From a virus (taxonomy: Duplodnaviria > Caudoviricetes): 64,000 bases of DNA. The position numbers were made by a program, and so were the translations under genes. This document shows positions 31,974 through 46,500 of the stretch, piece after piece; the stretch's first letter is position 1; each line of letters starts with the position of its first letter. The notes under the pieces are model-generated. The model ran no database searches and was not told the DNA's origin. It saw only the letters and a program-made list of their open reading frames with translations. The stretch spans positions 1-64,000 of IMG/VR virus record IMGVR_UViG_3300032038_000025; one strand, written 5' to 3'.

Positions 31974-32417
31974 TAAAATATTTGGTCAAGTTTTATTAAT
32001 TTAACTCCTGCATTTTTAATATATAAATGTAGGAGTTAAAGTTTGAACAAAATACAAAAGGAGATATTACGCGTAATGGAAAATACAATAAATCAAGGAT
32101 ATCCTATTAATAATCCTTTTGGAAGCTCGCAAAGAGGCAATCTTTCGTCAATGGGAACTCCTACGCTACAGGGCAATCTTTTAAAAAAAGGTTCTCTGCC
32201 ATTAGATTACACATGCAACAATGTTTTCATATAATGTAGATCTTTCTATTGAACAGGAAGAGTTAATAGCAGATTTAATTTCCACATATGGTGAAGAAAT
32301 AATTTATATCACAAATAAAATATTCACAAAGTTGGGAAACATTTAAATATAAAATGGGGCTATTAATTTTTATAATTAATAGTCCCTGTTTTTTATTATA
32401 AATAAAGGGGATTAAAA

Positions 32418-33461
32418 ATGGATATTTTAACTGCCATAAAAATTAGGAATTTAGATGGTACATATTCAGATCCAATTCCTATAAGTGCCTTGGCAGAAAA
32501 TATTGTTTATGATAAAGATCACACTTTACTAGATGCTATTGGCACAATAGATATAGATGAATTAGGAAGTCTGCAAGACCAAATTTTAGAACTTAAATAG
32601 AGAGGTATTGATGCGGCGACCGCAAATGCTAATCAAGTTCCAGTCGCAGATGGACAAGGCGGCTGGTCTTGGCAAGATAAAACAAATACCTCTAATCAAG
32701 TAACAAACCTTTCAAATGTTGGAGGGGTAAATATTACTCAAGCATTAAATAATCTTAATGATTTAACTCAGAGTAATCAAGAAAAAATTTTAAATATGAA
32801 TAGTACAGCGGTAAATAATAATTCTTCAGTTGAAGGAGAAACTGTTTCTGCCGCTCTTGATGTTTTATCTAATAAGATAAACAATATAGATACAATGAAA
32901 GCTATTAGTGTATCCCTTAGTAAAGGTTCTTGCACTATTAACGTAAAACAAAATAGCGATATTGATTATTTAGATTGCTTTACAGATATACAAGTTTTAT
33001 AGGGATCAACAGATATTACGGACCTTTGCACTTTTAGTTTTACGCCTAGTTATGGAGTTTATGGAGTGTGGATTGCTTCTTCTCATAGATATAAAATAAC
33101 AGAATTAATAGATGTTACAAAAGGTGATGTTGTTTTTAATATTTCATATAAAGGAGTAACATTAACTAGAACTTTTTCTATTGTTTTAGTATATGATGGA
33201 GAAAGCGCAATTCGTACTGAAATTGAATCTAGTGCAGGAAATATTTTCAGAGGAAATAATATTTCAACAACATTAACTTGTCGGGTGTATCAAGGCACTG
33301 AAGAAATAACCAATAAAGTTAGTTCATTTAAATGGAAAAAATATAATGCAAATGGGACACTTGATGGATCATGGACTCGGCCATTAGCTGGTAATGTAAT
33401 TGATATTACTAATGCTGATGTATATGATCGAGCAGTGTTTAAATGCGAAGTAACGATATAA
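32418..33461 (+). CDS. tail-associated structural protein (TAG read-through)
   Basis: Three track fragments in one frame; Ig-like C-terminus. Confidence 0.7.
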
Positions 33462-33474
33462 AAGGAGGAAAATA

Positions 33475-36084
33475 ATGGCAACCACTAGCTATGGTTCAAT
33501 AACTATTGTTGACATTACTGATATAGGAGAATTTAGTGTATATCCTAAATGCAATTTACCCACAACTGTTATCTATTCTCCAGATGACAATATTTATACT
33601 CCTAACTGGGTGGGTCAAAATCTAGTTATTACTCCAGTTGCATATTATGCAGGATCCCCTGTTTCAGCTAATATTACTTGGCTTTGGGAAAGACAATAGG
33701 GAAATGGAGCACGAGCGGAAGTTAGTTCAACAAAAGGAGAAACAGTTAATTCAACTACAGGCGCTTTAACTGTTAATCAAAATCAATTTAATGGATCATA
33801 TTCTCAATTAACATACATTGTTACTGCGACATATCAAGATGCTACTCTTGGAAAAAATTTAGTCGCGGAAGGCCAAATTACTTTTAGTAAAGTAGAACAA
33901 GGAACATCTGCAAAAACCGCCCGAATTACTGGAGATAATATAATTAAATATGCGGGAGATGGAACAATTATTTCTCCTATTGTTAACAATAAGTCTTATA
34001 TTACTTTAACTGGTACTGTTACAAGATGTAATATTACTAAATGGACATATAATGGAGGAACTGCCTCATATCCTGCAAAATCAAATGCAACACCAGCTAC
34101 CTATCCAAATGGAGCAAATGGAAATACATTAAATGTATATGCAGATGATGATGTTTTTATAAATGATAAGGTTACTATTAAATTATAGACTAATGATACT
34201 AATACTTATGATTAGTTTACTATATATAAATTAAGAGATGGTGCGGCGGGCATATCTACTCTATCTGCTATTTTAACTAATGAAGATCAAATGATTCCTG
34301 CCAATTCAAATGGTTCACCTGTTAATATTGCTCAAAGTGGAGCAACCTCTCAAATAAAAATATATAGAGGTGGTTCAGATGTTACTGTATCAGAAAATTG
34401 GACTATTACAACAACAAGTGATACTGGAATTACATTTGATTCAAGTAAAACCGCACAAACCAATGATACTGTTACAGTAACTGGTATGAATGCCAGTCTT
34501 GCAGCTGGTAATATTTATTTTACTGCAACACATGGCACTTAGACATTAAATAAAACTTTTTCATTAGTAAAAGTTAAAGCAGGAGCTGATGCTTAGACAT
34601 TTTCTATTTATAGTTTAAGTGTAGATGCTTTGGCTTTAAATAGAAGCGTTACTTTAAATGATCAAGGAAGTGTTTCTACAGTTACGCTTAATCCTGCAAG
34701 TTTTATTGCAAGTGCAACTGAGACATAGGTATCTCCGTCTGCTGCAACTACAAAGGCTTTTGAGGGAAAATTTAGAATTACTGAATATTCTGGCGATACT
34801 TCAGAAATAAAATATACTACTAGTTCAACAGAATCTTCAAAAACGTATACTCCAACAACATCTAATACATTAACAAAAATTTTAGTTGAATTATTAGATA
34901 CCGCAGGATCAAATGTTTTAGATAAACAAACTATCGTTATTACATCTGATGGCGCAAAAGGAGAAGATGGAGAACAGGGTCCCGCAGGTAAAGATGCTGT
35001 TAGTATTATCTTAGGAAATGAAGCAGAAGTTTTTCCTTGTGATAATAATAATAAACCATTAAGTAAAATTACTGTTAGAATACCTTTTGGTGCATACAAA
35101 GGAACAACAAGAGTTGCTGCAACTGTTAATAAACCTCAATTGCTTGGAATTGCTGCGAGCACGTCTTCCACAAATGCTACTGCTTCTAGTGATGGTGTAT
35201 TAATTTATGAAATTCCAGTGACTAAAGAAATTACTAATGCTTCTGACACTTTAGCTTTAGTGTTTACTTGTGAAGGACAAACTTTTAATAAAGTATTTAG
35301 TTGGACTAGAAGTTCTGCCGCAAAGAATGGAATTGATGGAGTAACTATGTTATTATTTACTCCTAATGGAACATTATTTGAAAATCATACTGGGGATAAT
35401 CTTACTGTTGAAGGTTATTTACAAAGCGGATCCACCGATGTAACAAGCAGCGCAACTTGGAAATGGTATCAATGGAGCACCACTGGTTATACTGCGTTAG
35501 GAACCGCGACATCCGCAAATGCGTATTATAGCGGAAAAACTTTAACAATTAAGCCAGCCGCTGTTGATGGTTATAGCTCTTTTAAAGTTGAAGCTACATA
35601 TAATAGTAAAACATACACGCAATATATTTCAATAACAGATAAAACTGATCCAATTCAAGTAAGTGTTCATTCTACTCTTGGCACTCAACTTGTAAATGGT
35701 CAAGGATCTGGCGCGCTTTATGCAAGAGTAACACGCAATGGTACTGAAATTGATCCTATTGGAGATGGCGCTATTTCGACAGGGACTGCTAATCCAAGTG
35801 GCGGAAATAATGGAGATCATTATATAAAATTAGATGAAACTAATAGAATAGCTACTTTATGGTAGAAAACTGGAAATTCTTGGAGAGCAATGACCCCAAC
35901 CGCCACATATGAATGGTATTTTAGAGATGCTCAAAATAATCCTATTACAAATAGTACAACTTTAACAAATAAATTTGGTAGTGCCTATAATAGTTCAACT
36001 GGCAAAGTAACTGGAAAGTGTTTATATATAGATAAAACAACCGTTGATAATAAAATAACTATAGATGTAAAAGTAACAGTATAA
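33475..36084 (+). CDS. Ig-like repeat tail protein (TAG read-through)
   Basis: Four fragments in one frame; GSITIVDITD N-terminus. Confidence 0.75.
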
Positions 36085-36098
36085 AAGGGGTGATAGTT

Positions 36099-39000
36099 AT
36101 GCAGCAAACAAGCTATGGAACACTTACTATTACTGATACTACAGATATAGCGCGAGTTCAAAATTGGTATTTAGCATCAAGTTCTTCTTCTGGCGTGAAA
36201 AAAACAGATGGCGGTTGGACAACAGATGTAACTAATGCTAATGCTACAATGACCGCTACTAAACAATATTTATGGAATTATGAATAGATTCAAGGAGAGG
36301 GTGCTAATGGTAGCTATATAACCATTAGCACTACAGATCCAGTTATTATTGGACGATATGGCCAGAATGGCGGGACTGGCTCCCCTGGCCGCGGTATTAC
36401 TTCTATAGATGAATATTATCAAGCTACTAATAGTACAAGTAAGCCTGGTAGTTCAGGCTGGCAAAAAAATACTTTAGTAACACCAACATCTGCGAAACCT
36501 TATTTATGGAATTATCAAGTAATTAATTATACTAATCCTACATCAACATAGGGGACATATAATGATGCTCGTATCATTGGAGTTTATGGGGACAAAGGTG
36601 ATAAGGGTGACAAAGGAGATGCAGGTCGCACTTATTTTCTTGAACTTAGCAATAATGTTATAAAAAAAGATGCAAATAATACTCTTACTCCAACATCTGT
36701 TACAATAAAGGCTTATTATAGAGACGGGACTGGTACTAAAACAGCATATTCTGGTCGAATAGTTATTATTGGTAATAAAAGTGATAATACTACAACCACG
36801 ATATCAACAACAAATGGTTCTTCCGCTTCATTAACTGCTAATGCAACATATGTAAGTTATACTATTAATTTATATGAGGCGGGTGGAACAACTAATTTAT
36901 TTGCGGCAGAAACGCTTCCTATTTTAAGTGATATTGAGAATTTATAGATTGGTGGAAGAAATCTAATTAGGCGAACCGACTACAGTATTTACGGCAACAG
37001 CGACCATTACAATAATGCTAATAAAGCAACATTCACAAATGACCGCATAACCATACAATATGGTAGTGAAGTCTACCTCAAAAATTATGTTCAGAATAAA
37101 CTCAATGAGATTATTCCGTCTGGTACAAAACTCATCGGTACGGTTCCTGTTTACAATCAAACAATTGCAGACGGCAATCATAGGCTTTACGTGTCTCCTA
37201 TGAATGAAAATGCGTCAGTAAGCTGGGTTGATATCGTGAATATTCCAACTGGCTATACAGGGGTACTCACGTGGACATACACAACAACGATGGACACTTA
37301 TGGGTTTGTTCTTGATTTTGATACGCGAAACTCCACGAGCGGCGATATGGCGCTCGGACGTATTAAACTCGAGCGTGGCAATAAATCAACCGATTGGACT
37401 CCTGCACCCGAGGATTTAGAATCATCTATTTCATTTGTTAATACAGCATTAACTAATTATATAAATACAAATGATGCTGCACTTGCCGCAGTAAAAGACC
37501 AAGCTGATAAATCATTTGATACTTGGTTTTATTCTGGACAGCCAACAGCAAATAATGCACCGGCCAACACATGGACTGATAATGCAACTAAAGCATTACA
37601 TGTTGGTGACATGTATTATGATACTGCAACTGGTAAGGCATACACTTATAATTCTAGCTATCAATGGGTTGCTCAAAGCAGTTCCAATATTGCATCTACT
37701 GATGCGATCACTGCCGCTCAAACCTTGGCAAACAGTAAAATTAAAACATATGCAGTTGCCGCTAAACCAACTTCTGGAATGAGTTCTGGAGATCTTTGGA
37801 TTGACACCGATGATAATAATCGGATGTATAGATATAATGGATCAACTTGGGTTGACATTCAGACTGAGATAAATGTTGGCGGGAGAAATCTAGCTTGGAA
37901 TTCTAAATTATTAAATATTCAGAATGGTCAAGCAAACAAATATATTTCAAAGAGGCGAGGTGCCGACATCCTTGTAACAAGAGATGACGGTTTTGGAGAA
38001 ATTCATTGTTATGGTTCAAGTTTTGGCGGAATAAGTATTTATTCGTCACAATTTGATTTTCAAGTTGGAGATGTATTAACATTATCTTTTTATGCTAAAT
38101 ATGTTGGAAATCTTAATACTCCATATATTTCATTTTATCCAATGATGTATAAAAACGGTTCAAGAAATACTTCTATTTTAATACCGATAGGGTTTGATGG
38201 AAATCCTTATGTCAATATGAATGCTAGACGATGGACAAACAAAGATGGCAGTTATAGAAATCTTACAACAAGTTATGAAAAATATTATGTAACTTTTGTA
38301 TGGACTCAAGAAATAGCCGATTTAGATTATGTTGAAATATCTGCACAAGCACTTGCTTCATGGACAGATACATCAAGTAATAGTTATGTATCTATATATA
38401 TGCCAAAATTGGAAAAAGGCAATGTCGCTACAGACTGGACTCCCGCACCCGAAGATACCGAGGCGGCAATTGCTAATCTTACTGAGTTAACAGACAGTCT
38501 CCAGAATCAAATAGATTCCAAGATTGAGACATGGACACAAGTTGCAGATCCCGCAACAGGTTGGAACACAGATGTATTAAAAGAATCTCATGTTGGTGAC
38601 CTGTGGTACTACATTGGCGAAACAACAACCAATCCTAGTCGAGAGAATAATAGTACATATAAATATACTTTATCTAATGGTACTTACTCATGGGTCAAGT
38701 ATGTCAGCGGTACAGATATGACTGGCGTGTTCGACAAGATTGATGGTAAGTCAACTATCTTCTATGGAACAACAACTGGTACATATACTGGCGTTCAGAA
38801 AGACGATTACTTAGTTGACAGTACAACAGGTAATACATATAAATATGATCCCACTGTTACGACCAACAATCATTGGGTTGAAGTGACAAATTATAAAACA
38901 GGTATTGATGAAGCGAAACAGGATGTTGTAGATCTTGATACATCACTCAATCAACAGGAAGTCTTTAATCGTCTGACAAATAATCAAGCTAATCAAGGTA

Positions 39001-40769
39001 TCTATCTGGATAATGGTAATGTATATGTTAATGCAACGTATATTAAATCTGGAGAAATAAATGCAGACTTAATTACAACAGGTAAAATAAATGCTGATCT
39101 AATTACTACTGGCCATATGAGCGCAAGTCGAATCAAAGGTGATACTCTTACTCTTGGTGGAAATAATAATGTAAACGGTTCATTATCAATACTAAACGGT
39201 AATTCTGATGTAGTTGGTACATGGAATAATACTGGAATAAATGCGGTAGCAGGAAAGATTGGCGGGTGGACTATAAATGAAAGCTATATTTATAATCCCT
39301 TGAATTACGAGGATAAAAACTATCAAGTTGCACTCTTCTCTCCAAACAACATGACGTCAGGTACAAACGCATTTTTCGTAAGATATAACTATCCTTCAAA
39401 AAATTTATATATTATTTCAAAGCAAACAAGCGGATATATAGCAGCTAATGGAACCATCGCTACTGCATCCGATACATACTTAGAAAAAACAAGTGCCTAT
39501 ATTGCGGTTACAGAAAATAGCCCATATGTTTTCCAAGTATGGTGCCCAGATCTAACCTCTAGTCAACAAATGTGGATGGGATATCAATTTTATTCTGATA
39601 CAAGTGGAACTTTAGTTGGTAGTCGTACAGCAAAGACTGGAACCGCAGGCAATACATATCTTGCATATACAGATATTGTTGCTCCTTCTGGAGCAAAATA
39701 TATAAAAGTTTCTTATAGAACATTCGGAAATGGTCATGCAAAACTAGAACAAACTACTACCGTTAATGATTGGACTCCCGCCGTAGAAGATGAAGGTTTA
39801 CCATATTCTAATGATTTTGCATATCCATTTTATATAAAATATAATGGTAAATTATTTGCAAGTAATGCAGAAATAAGGGGAGATATTGATGCAAAGTCTG
39901 GTTCAATTGCCGGATTTAGTATTTCTAGTACAGCAAATAGAGGCACCACAGCCAATGGTGGACATCCATATACAAGAGAATTATATAAAACCTCAAGCGA
40001 TGGCACACATGATTATGTAGTTGGGATGAAGGCTGATAGTGGAAATGCAACATTAAATTTTTATGTAAAACAAATTGATACTGGTAAAACATGGGAAGAC
40101 GCAAATGTTAAAAATTTATTCTGGGTAAATAATAATGGAAAATTATATGCTACAAATATACAAGTTACATTAGATGGTAGCACTTCAACAGTTAAAAATT
40201 TAAAAGCCAGTTCTCTTACTAGTGGAAATCTAGATGCATCTAAGGTTACAATTACTGGATCATTAAATATTAAACCCGGAGGAGGAGCAAGTTTGGAACT
40301 ATATGGAGAACAACCATATATAGATTTTCACTTTAATAATAGTACTGCTGATCTTACCGCACGTATAATTGAAGGCGTTAAAAATGAACTTCATTTTGTA
40401 AAAAATGCAGCATCAACAAGCTATATGACTGTTAAAGGTGTATTTTCAAACCAATCTTCTCGCAATGTAAAAAGAAATATTATTGATATTTCAGATGATG
40501 ATGCTAAAAAGTTATATGATATTAAGCCAGTTAGTTTTGATTATAAATGGGGTCAACATGGCTTTGGAATGATCGCCGAAGATGTATGTGAGGTATTACC
40601 GGAACTCGTTACTATTCCAGATGATTATAATGCTGATACATATGAGTATAAGAATTTATACGATAGTGTACCTTCACTGCATTATCAAGATTTCATACCG
40701 TATATTATTAAATTGTTGCAAGTGCAACATAAGGAAATACAAGGATTAAAGGAGATAATTGAAAAATGA
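36099..40769 (+). CDS. tail fibre with carbohydrate-binding-like modules and a C-terminal S74 intramolecular chaperone
   Basis: YLWNY repeats, collagen triplets, GGRNL...DWTPAPED modules, SSRNVKRNI...GMIAEDV...PELV. Confidence 0.85.
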
Positions 40770-41134
40770 TGTACGTTCGTTTAGTTGATGGAACTCTGAC
40801 AGAGTTTAACGAAGGATCTTCACCCGAGCGGGTGATGATGAATTTTAATTCATTTGATGAATTAAAAGATATGATAGATCAATTTGCCAGTGGCAATTGT
40901 TCAACTCTTGTATTTTATGATCCTACATTGCCAGAGTCTGACAATTTATTAAATACTTTTACAGACTTTGTGTATGATGATGTAAATATGTCTATGAATT
41001 CAGATGGAACAATAACAGGTATATTTAAACAACATCAAAAAACAAACTTTGATATTTATAAAGAAAAAGCAGAACAATATGATGCAAATGCTGATTATAT
41101 TGAGGCAGCAAAAATTATGCTTGGAGAGGTATAA
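40766..41134 (+). CDS. hypothetical tail-associated protein
   Basis: Coupled ORF; C-terminus resembles the 41341 gene (ADY..AAK.MLGE). Confidence 0.75.
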   Translation: MMYVRLVDGTLTEFNEGSSPERVMMNFNSFDELKDMIDQFASGNCSTLVFYDPTLPESDNLLNTFTDFVYDDVNMSMNSDGTITGIFKQHQKTNFDIYKEKAEQYDANADYIEAAKIMLGEV

Positions 41135-41136
41135 AC

Positions 41137-41328
41137 ATGGATAAACCAATTACATTGTTACATCAAGAATTTGTAGAAAATCTGGCAAAGTTGATTAATG
41201 AATCACGCCTTCCTGCATTTGTAGTTCGTTCAGCTCTTAACGAAGCAATTGTTCAGCTCGATTCTATTGCTGAACAGCAGTATCTCTCTGACAAAGCAAA
41301 ATACAATAATCAAACTTCTAATGGTTAA
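41137..41328 (+). CDS. small hypothetical protein
   Basis: GAGG RBS. Confidence 0.7.
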   Translation: MDKPITLLHQEFVENLAKLINESRLPAFVVRSALNEAIVQLDSIAEQQYLSDKAKYNNQTSNG

Positions 41329-41340
41329 GGAGACTTAAAC

Positions 41341-41715
41341 ATGATTAAATTTATTATTGGTGACGGTGAGGTTGTGGAAGTCAACGACTCCTCTTCTGTC
41401 ACATCGGTAAGCATTACATATGAGAACTTTGAAGAAATTGAACCAATGATTCAAAGATTTATTAATGGCGATTTTGAAACAATTACTGTTATGGACGAGA
41501 CACAAACCATTACTTATGGAGTCTGGCATAATCTCATCTATGATCATGCATTTATTGGTATGTCTCGTGATGGTAAATATGAAGTTAAATTTATTCAACG
41601 TGAATTAACTGAAGCTGATGCACTTAGAAAACGTGTTGCCGAACTTGAATCTCAAGTCGAAGCAAGCGCAGATTATGTAACAGCCGCAAAGGTTATGCTT
41701 GGAGAGGAGGAGTAA
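41341..41715 (+). CDS. hypothetical tail-associated protein
   Basis: GGAG RBS; paralogue of the 40766 gene. Confidence 0.75.
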   Translation: MIKFIIGDGEVVEVNDSSSVTSVSITYENFEEIEPMIQRFINGDFETITVMDETQTITYGVWHNLIYDHAFIGMSRDGKYEVKFIQRELTEADALRKRVAELESQVEASADYVTAAKVMLGEEE

Positions 41716-41716
41716 T

Positions 41717-42139
41717 ATGTCTGAGATTGTTGAAAGAGCAAGAGAACTTCGCTCAGTAATTGAAGAACTTGCGGTAAACCTTGATGATGAAAAAGCATTA
41801 GATTCTAAAGAGCTTTTCCCATATTGGAATGCGGAGGCCGCATATGAAGTTGGCGCAAGGGTGCGCTTTGAAGATACACTATATAAGTGCCTTCAGGCAC
41901 ATCAGGCACAGGCTGACTGGACACCCGCAGCCGCCCCATCTCTTTGGGCAGAAATTCTTCCTGGCCAAGAGGGAACTGATATAGGAGTATGGGTACAACC
42001 AGACTCCACTAATGCATATATGATTGGTGATAAAGTACATTATCCAACTATGGACGATCCAATTTATGAATCAACAATTGATAATAATGTCTGGTCACCA
42101 GAAACATATCCTGCGGGATGGCAAATCGTAACTGAATAA
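41717..42139 (+). CDS. CBM5/12-type carbohydrate-binding protein
   Basis: W....AYEVGARV...YKCLQAH..Q.DWTP..APSLW. Confidence 0.8.
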   Translation: MSEIVERARELRSVIEELAVNLDDEKALDSKELFPYWNAEAAYEVGARVRFEDTLYKCLQAHQAQADWTPAAAPSLWAEILPGQEGTDIGVWVQPDSTNAYMIGDKVHYPTMDDPIYESTIDNNVWSPETYPAGWQIVTE

Positions 42140-42158
42140 CTATAATTAGACAAAATAA

Positions 42159-42209
42159 AAAAGCCTTCTAATTAATTTTAAATAATTAATTAGAAGGCTT
42201 ATTTTTTTT
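42159..42209. terminator. bidirectional terminator at the convergence point
   Basis: AAGCCTTCTAATTAATT/AATTAATTAGAAGGCTT inverted repeat flanked by A and T runs. Confidence 0.85.
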
Positions 42210-43230
42210 ACTCTTTTTTAATAAGAGCAATTTGTATCTAATAAATACAATTATTATAAGTATTTATTGCATCGTTAATTCGTTTAGTATTATATACTAT
42301 TTCATAATTATCATTCTAACAAAGAAATTGAATATCATCAATAGGAGTCATTCCATCGCCTGAATGGCCAGTACTCTCATACCATGAATTGCCAGATACC
42401 CAAGGCATCCATCCTTTATTTAAAAGATGAACTTTATAAAAAATTTTACATACATTAGAGCTTACTTTTATTTTAACAATAGGGTCATTAAAAATACCTG
42501 TTTTAGTGTTATTAAAAGTATCCATTAAATACCCATGTTTAAGTGTCTATATAGTATAAGATATTTGAGGAATAATCTTACTGGGTTCTGGCTAAAGTTG
42601 CGGCGGCGTGTTGTGATATGCGGCGATGGCAGATATAATACCGCTTTGGTCTAGTTCTGTGCGGCTAACAACCTGCCTTCCCGCCACCCATAAATTTATA
42701 CAGAAATATGATAAATCAACATTCCCAGCTATTCCATTTACCTTTTCTGTTGAAGAAAAATGACATCCCTAACATATGGCTGGAATTTCTAGATTCTGTT
42801 TACTAAAATTAGCTATCCATAGCGGATAAACGCAGTCCCCGCGCATATAGTTATCAAAAAAGGTTTGATTTGTGTAAATACCCATTCGATATCCTGCCAT
42901 TTGAATGAATTGGTAAAAAGTATCTATTACATCTTTATTGTAATATTCTTCAATATCATAATAAATACACCAAGGATGGTATTTATTTACCATAGTCAAA
43001 ACCTATCTAGCTTCTTCTTTTGCTTCTTTTACATCTCTAGCATATGAGTGAAAGGAGATTGCATATGGAATATTTAATTGCTAAAAAATATATAAGAAAT
43101 CTATATTATTAGAATATTTTTTATTATATTTAATAACCGCCGCATTGAAGATACCTTTTTTATATTCATTTAAAAGTTGGTTTTGATCTATTGTATTAGA
43201 ATAATTTATAGAAATTACTTTATAAATCAT
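42208..43230 (-). CDS. GH25 muramidase-like protein with C-terminal cell-wall-binding repeats (TAG read-through)
   Basis: YYDIE, MGIYTN, LWIANF and V.GIAGNVDLS motifs; fragments in frame. Confidence 0.7.
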
Positions 43231-43490
43231 GACTATTGTTCTTCTTCTTTTTCATTTTTTTTAGGTTGCTCAATTGGAATAGTTATAGATTTTTCTTCTG
43301 TCTAAAAACAATTATTTTGAATATAATTTATTTTTAACTATTCTCTATGATTTAATATCTATTTCCAAATCTCATTTATTAAATAATATTTTAATAAAAA
43401 GGGAATTGAAGTTTCATTATTAAAAAAATTTATAAAATTTTGTTGAAACTAAAAGCAAATATCGTTAAATGTTTTTGTCTAATTATTCAT
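43227..43490 (-). CDS. small hypothetical protein (TAG read-through)
   Basis: AAGGA RBS; ATGA overlap with the next gene. Confidence 0.55.
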
Positions 43491-43505
43491 AATATTTTCC
43501 TTTAA

Positions 43506-46500
43506 TCACGCACTGCCATAAACTGGCTGCCCATGAACTAATCCTTGACCAGTTGTAAAATGTATTGTTACGTTTGTTACATATCCATCTTTATCTCTTG
43601 TGCAAGTAGCACCAGTTATAGAACGAACTACTGTTCCCCAACCAGCTCCCCATTCTTGAAACTTTAATGTCCTAAGAATTGCTAAATCGCTAATCTAAGA
43701 TTTTTTAGCATATATTTTATCAAAATTTCCGACTTCGGCTTCAACAACCCCCTGAGCTAATTTGTTCATAAAATCCGTAAGAGTTTGATTTTTTCCAACT
43801 TGAAATCTATCTGGATTTATAGAAGAGAGGCCACCGCCTCCTCCACCTCCGCCGCCACCACCAGAAGTGGAATTATACATATTTATGGTAATACCTTCAC
43901 CAATAAGAGAGCCGCCATCAACTGTTCCATGAATTTTACTGAACCAAGCATCTCCATCAGAATTGATATGCCAGCCATTACCACTCATAGAGCCATCTTT
44001 ATTTAATGTGGTCTTACCACCGCTAAGTTTCTATTTACTAATATTCCAACCAGCTATTTTTCCACTATTAAACTATGCACGACCATCAGCAGAAATTTTC
44101 CAACCACTTTCATCCTCTTTATAATTTGCATAAATGCTGCCATTAGAATTTAATGTAAGTGTCTTTCCATCATTTGTGCTTGCACTAATAGTGCTATCGT
44201 CTATATTCCATTTACCTATTGTTCCGTTTGTTGAAGTTAACTATCCACCAGCTGTAACAGAAAATGTATTACCTAATTTAATTTCATCAGTCCCAAGATA
44301 AACTTGATTTTCTCCACTTCCATAAGATATAAATGACTATCCAGAATTATTGCTGTTGATAGTCCAATATTTTTTATTTTTTTTACTATCTTGTGCAACT
44401 GCATTATATCCAAGGGTTAATACACCTTCTGGAGTAACTTTAAATTTAGATCCAATAGATAAACCATTTTCTGATAAGTAAAAACCATTTCCGGTCTTTG
44501 TTAATGTATTATGACTATTAGAATAAATTTCACCATTTTCATTTAAATGAAGTTGACCACCAATTAATTCATTTTGAAAATTTGGGTCTTTTTTTGTTCC
44601 TATATTAGTTTTTCCTATTGTCCATCCTGCAATTGAGCCGCCCTATTGAGCAGTAAGATACCCCTGTTCAGTAACAGAAAAATTTCCACTACCAAATTTA
44701 ATCTATGGAGTAGATAAATCAATTAACATACCTGCTTTATTATCAGATTCTTTAATAGTACCATCTTCTTTTATAATTTTATCTTTGTCAGGAAAGCCTT
44801 TACTATTAAAATTATCATTTTTCCAATAGTTATTACTAACAATAAGTGCTTTATCTAAATTTGGACTTATAACAATTCTACCAGTATTATTTTTACCAAA
44901 TAATGCTCCACCACTCTAGCTATCTAAAAAGAAAGTGCGATCGCCGCTTGCATATCCAAAAAGACCTGTCTAAGATTTAATCTTACCTGCCTATTTTACC
45001 TCACCCATTAAAACGCCAGTAAATTGGTTATTTTCATTTTTCTTGCCTGCGCCCATTTGAGGAGATAAAATATATCCACCATCATCTTTAATTTGAATAC
45101 TATTTCCATCCCACTCGTTTAAATGAGCTAATCCATATTTATTTAATAAAAAATGAATAGGAATTCTTAATTTACCAATTTGATTCTCATTATCTTTAAT
45201 AGTGCAAAGGACCGCAACATTTACACAAGCCCCATCGTATTTCATTGCGGGTTTAACATCAAATTGATTTTTTTGATAAGTTCCTTCTCTTTGAATAATT
45301 TTTAATAAATTAAGATCTGTTTCTTCTTTCTAACCATTTACCATCATACTAATAGGCTAAAATACATAAGAAATATTATCATTTAATGAAATATTTTTCT
45401 ATATTCCATTTTCATTTTGATAACACTATATTTCAAAAGGATAAGAAGTATCATATTGAGGAGATACGCCATCAGAAGTATAAAGAACATATTTAAAACC
45501 AGTATTTTCTTTTAAATCAAATCTATAATTATTTTTATTTATATATTTAGTCATAACTGGTATTGTTCCATAATAATTTTTACCTTCATATGTAATTGTA
45601 CATTTTATTATAGTAGCAAGAGAATCTCCTTTCCAAGACCCTCTTCCAACATATCTCATTCGTCCACTTAAATGATCATCAATTTCAAAAACATGTCGAT
45701 CATATTTATCATTTAATGTCTACCAATAAACCTATTCTGGCTGAATAAGATTATTTCCTGTTTGATCAGGATCTAAATGAGTCCCTTCCCAAACAAGCTA
45801 ACCGCTCTACCAAAGTTGTGTTTTAAAAAATTGTTTAGTCCCACTATCCTTTATATATGTCTAAGAATCATAATTACCAATACCGTAGTTTACAGTATAT
45901 CCTTCGATATCCTTAATCTAAGTAATTATAACATTAGAAGGTGGATTATTCATTAAAGTATTTGGTAAAATTCTAACAACATAATTAGTACCATTCGTAC
46001 CAGGCTCGCCCTGTTTAACAAAAGTAAATTGAGTAATTGCAGAAAGCGATATATTTTTTTGATAATTAATCTATAATTTTATTTGATTATTTTGACAACG
46101 AATATTATATCTATTAGCAATTTGGTAAGGTAGGGTCATTGCATTATCAAAATATTCATACATTCCAGTCGGATCAATTCCAGAACTAGCTAACTCAGAT
46201 TCATTTGGTTTAACTAATAAAGTATCCTTCACTGGGAAAATCCATCTTATCTAACTATTAGATGGATTAACTGTAAGTGGATTACCAACATTATCATATA
46301 AAGTAAATGATAATGCTTGAATTACTTGCGGATGATCTAATGATTTATTTGTCGGTGATACACCATTTTCATCATATTGGAATGCGGCGGCCCCATTTTC
46401 AATAACTAATGAATAAGTGCCTTCAATCTATAGTTTATTTGTTAAAGTAACTGAAGCAGTTCCTAAAAAGATTTCATTTTTAGTTTCTTTATTAATGCCA

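Noticed and set aside
32043-32234. 63-aa ORF after the TTTGGTCAA motif
   Set aside because: No recognisable motif and an uncertain start; it may be real but I cannot support it.
36099-42139. Diversity-generating retroelement targeting the tail fibre
   Set aside because: No reverse transcriptase and no template/variable repeat pair with A-specific mismatches seen; the DWTPAPED repeats are domain duplications.
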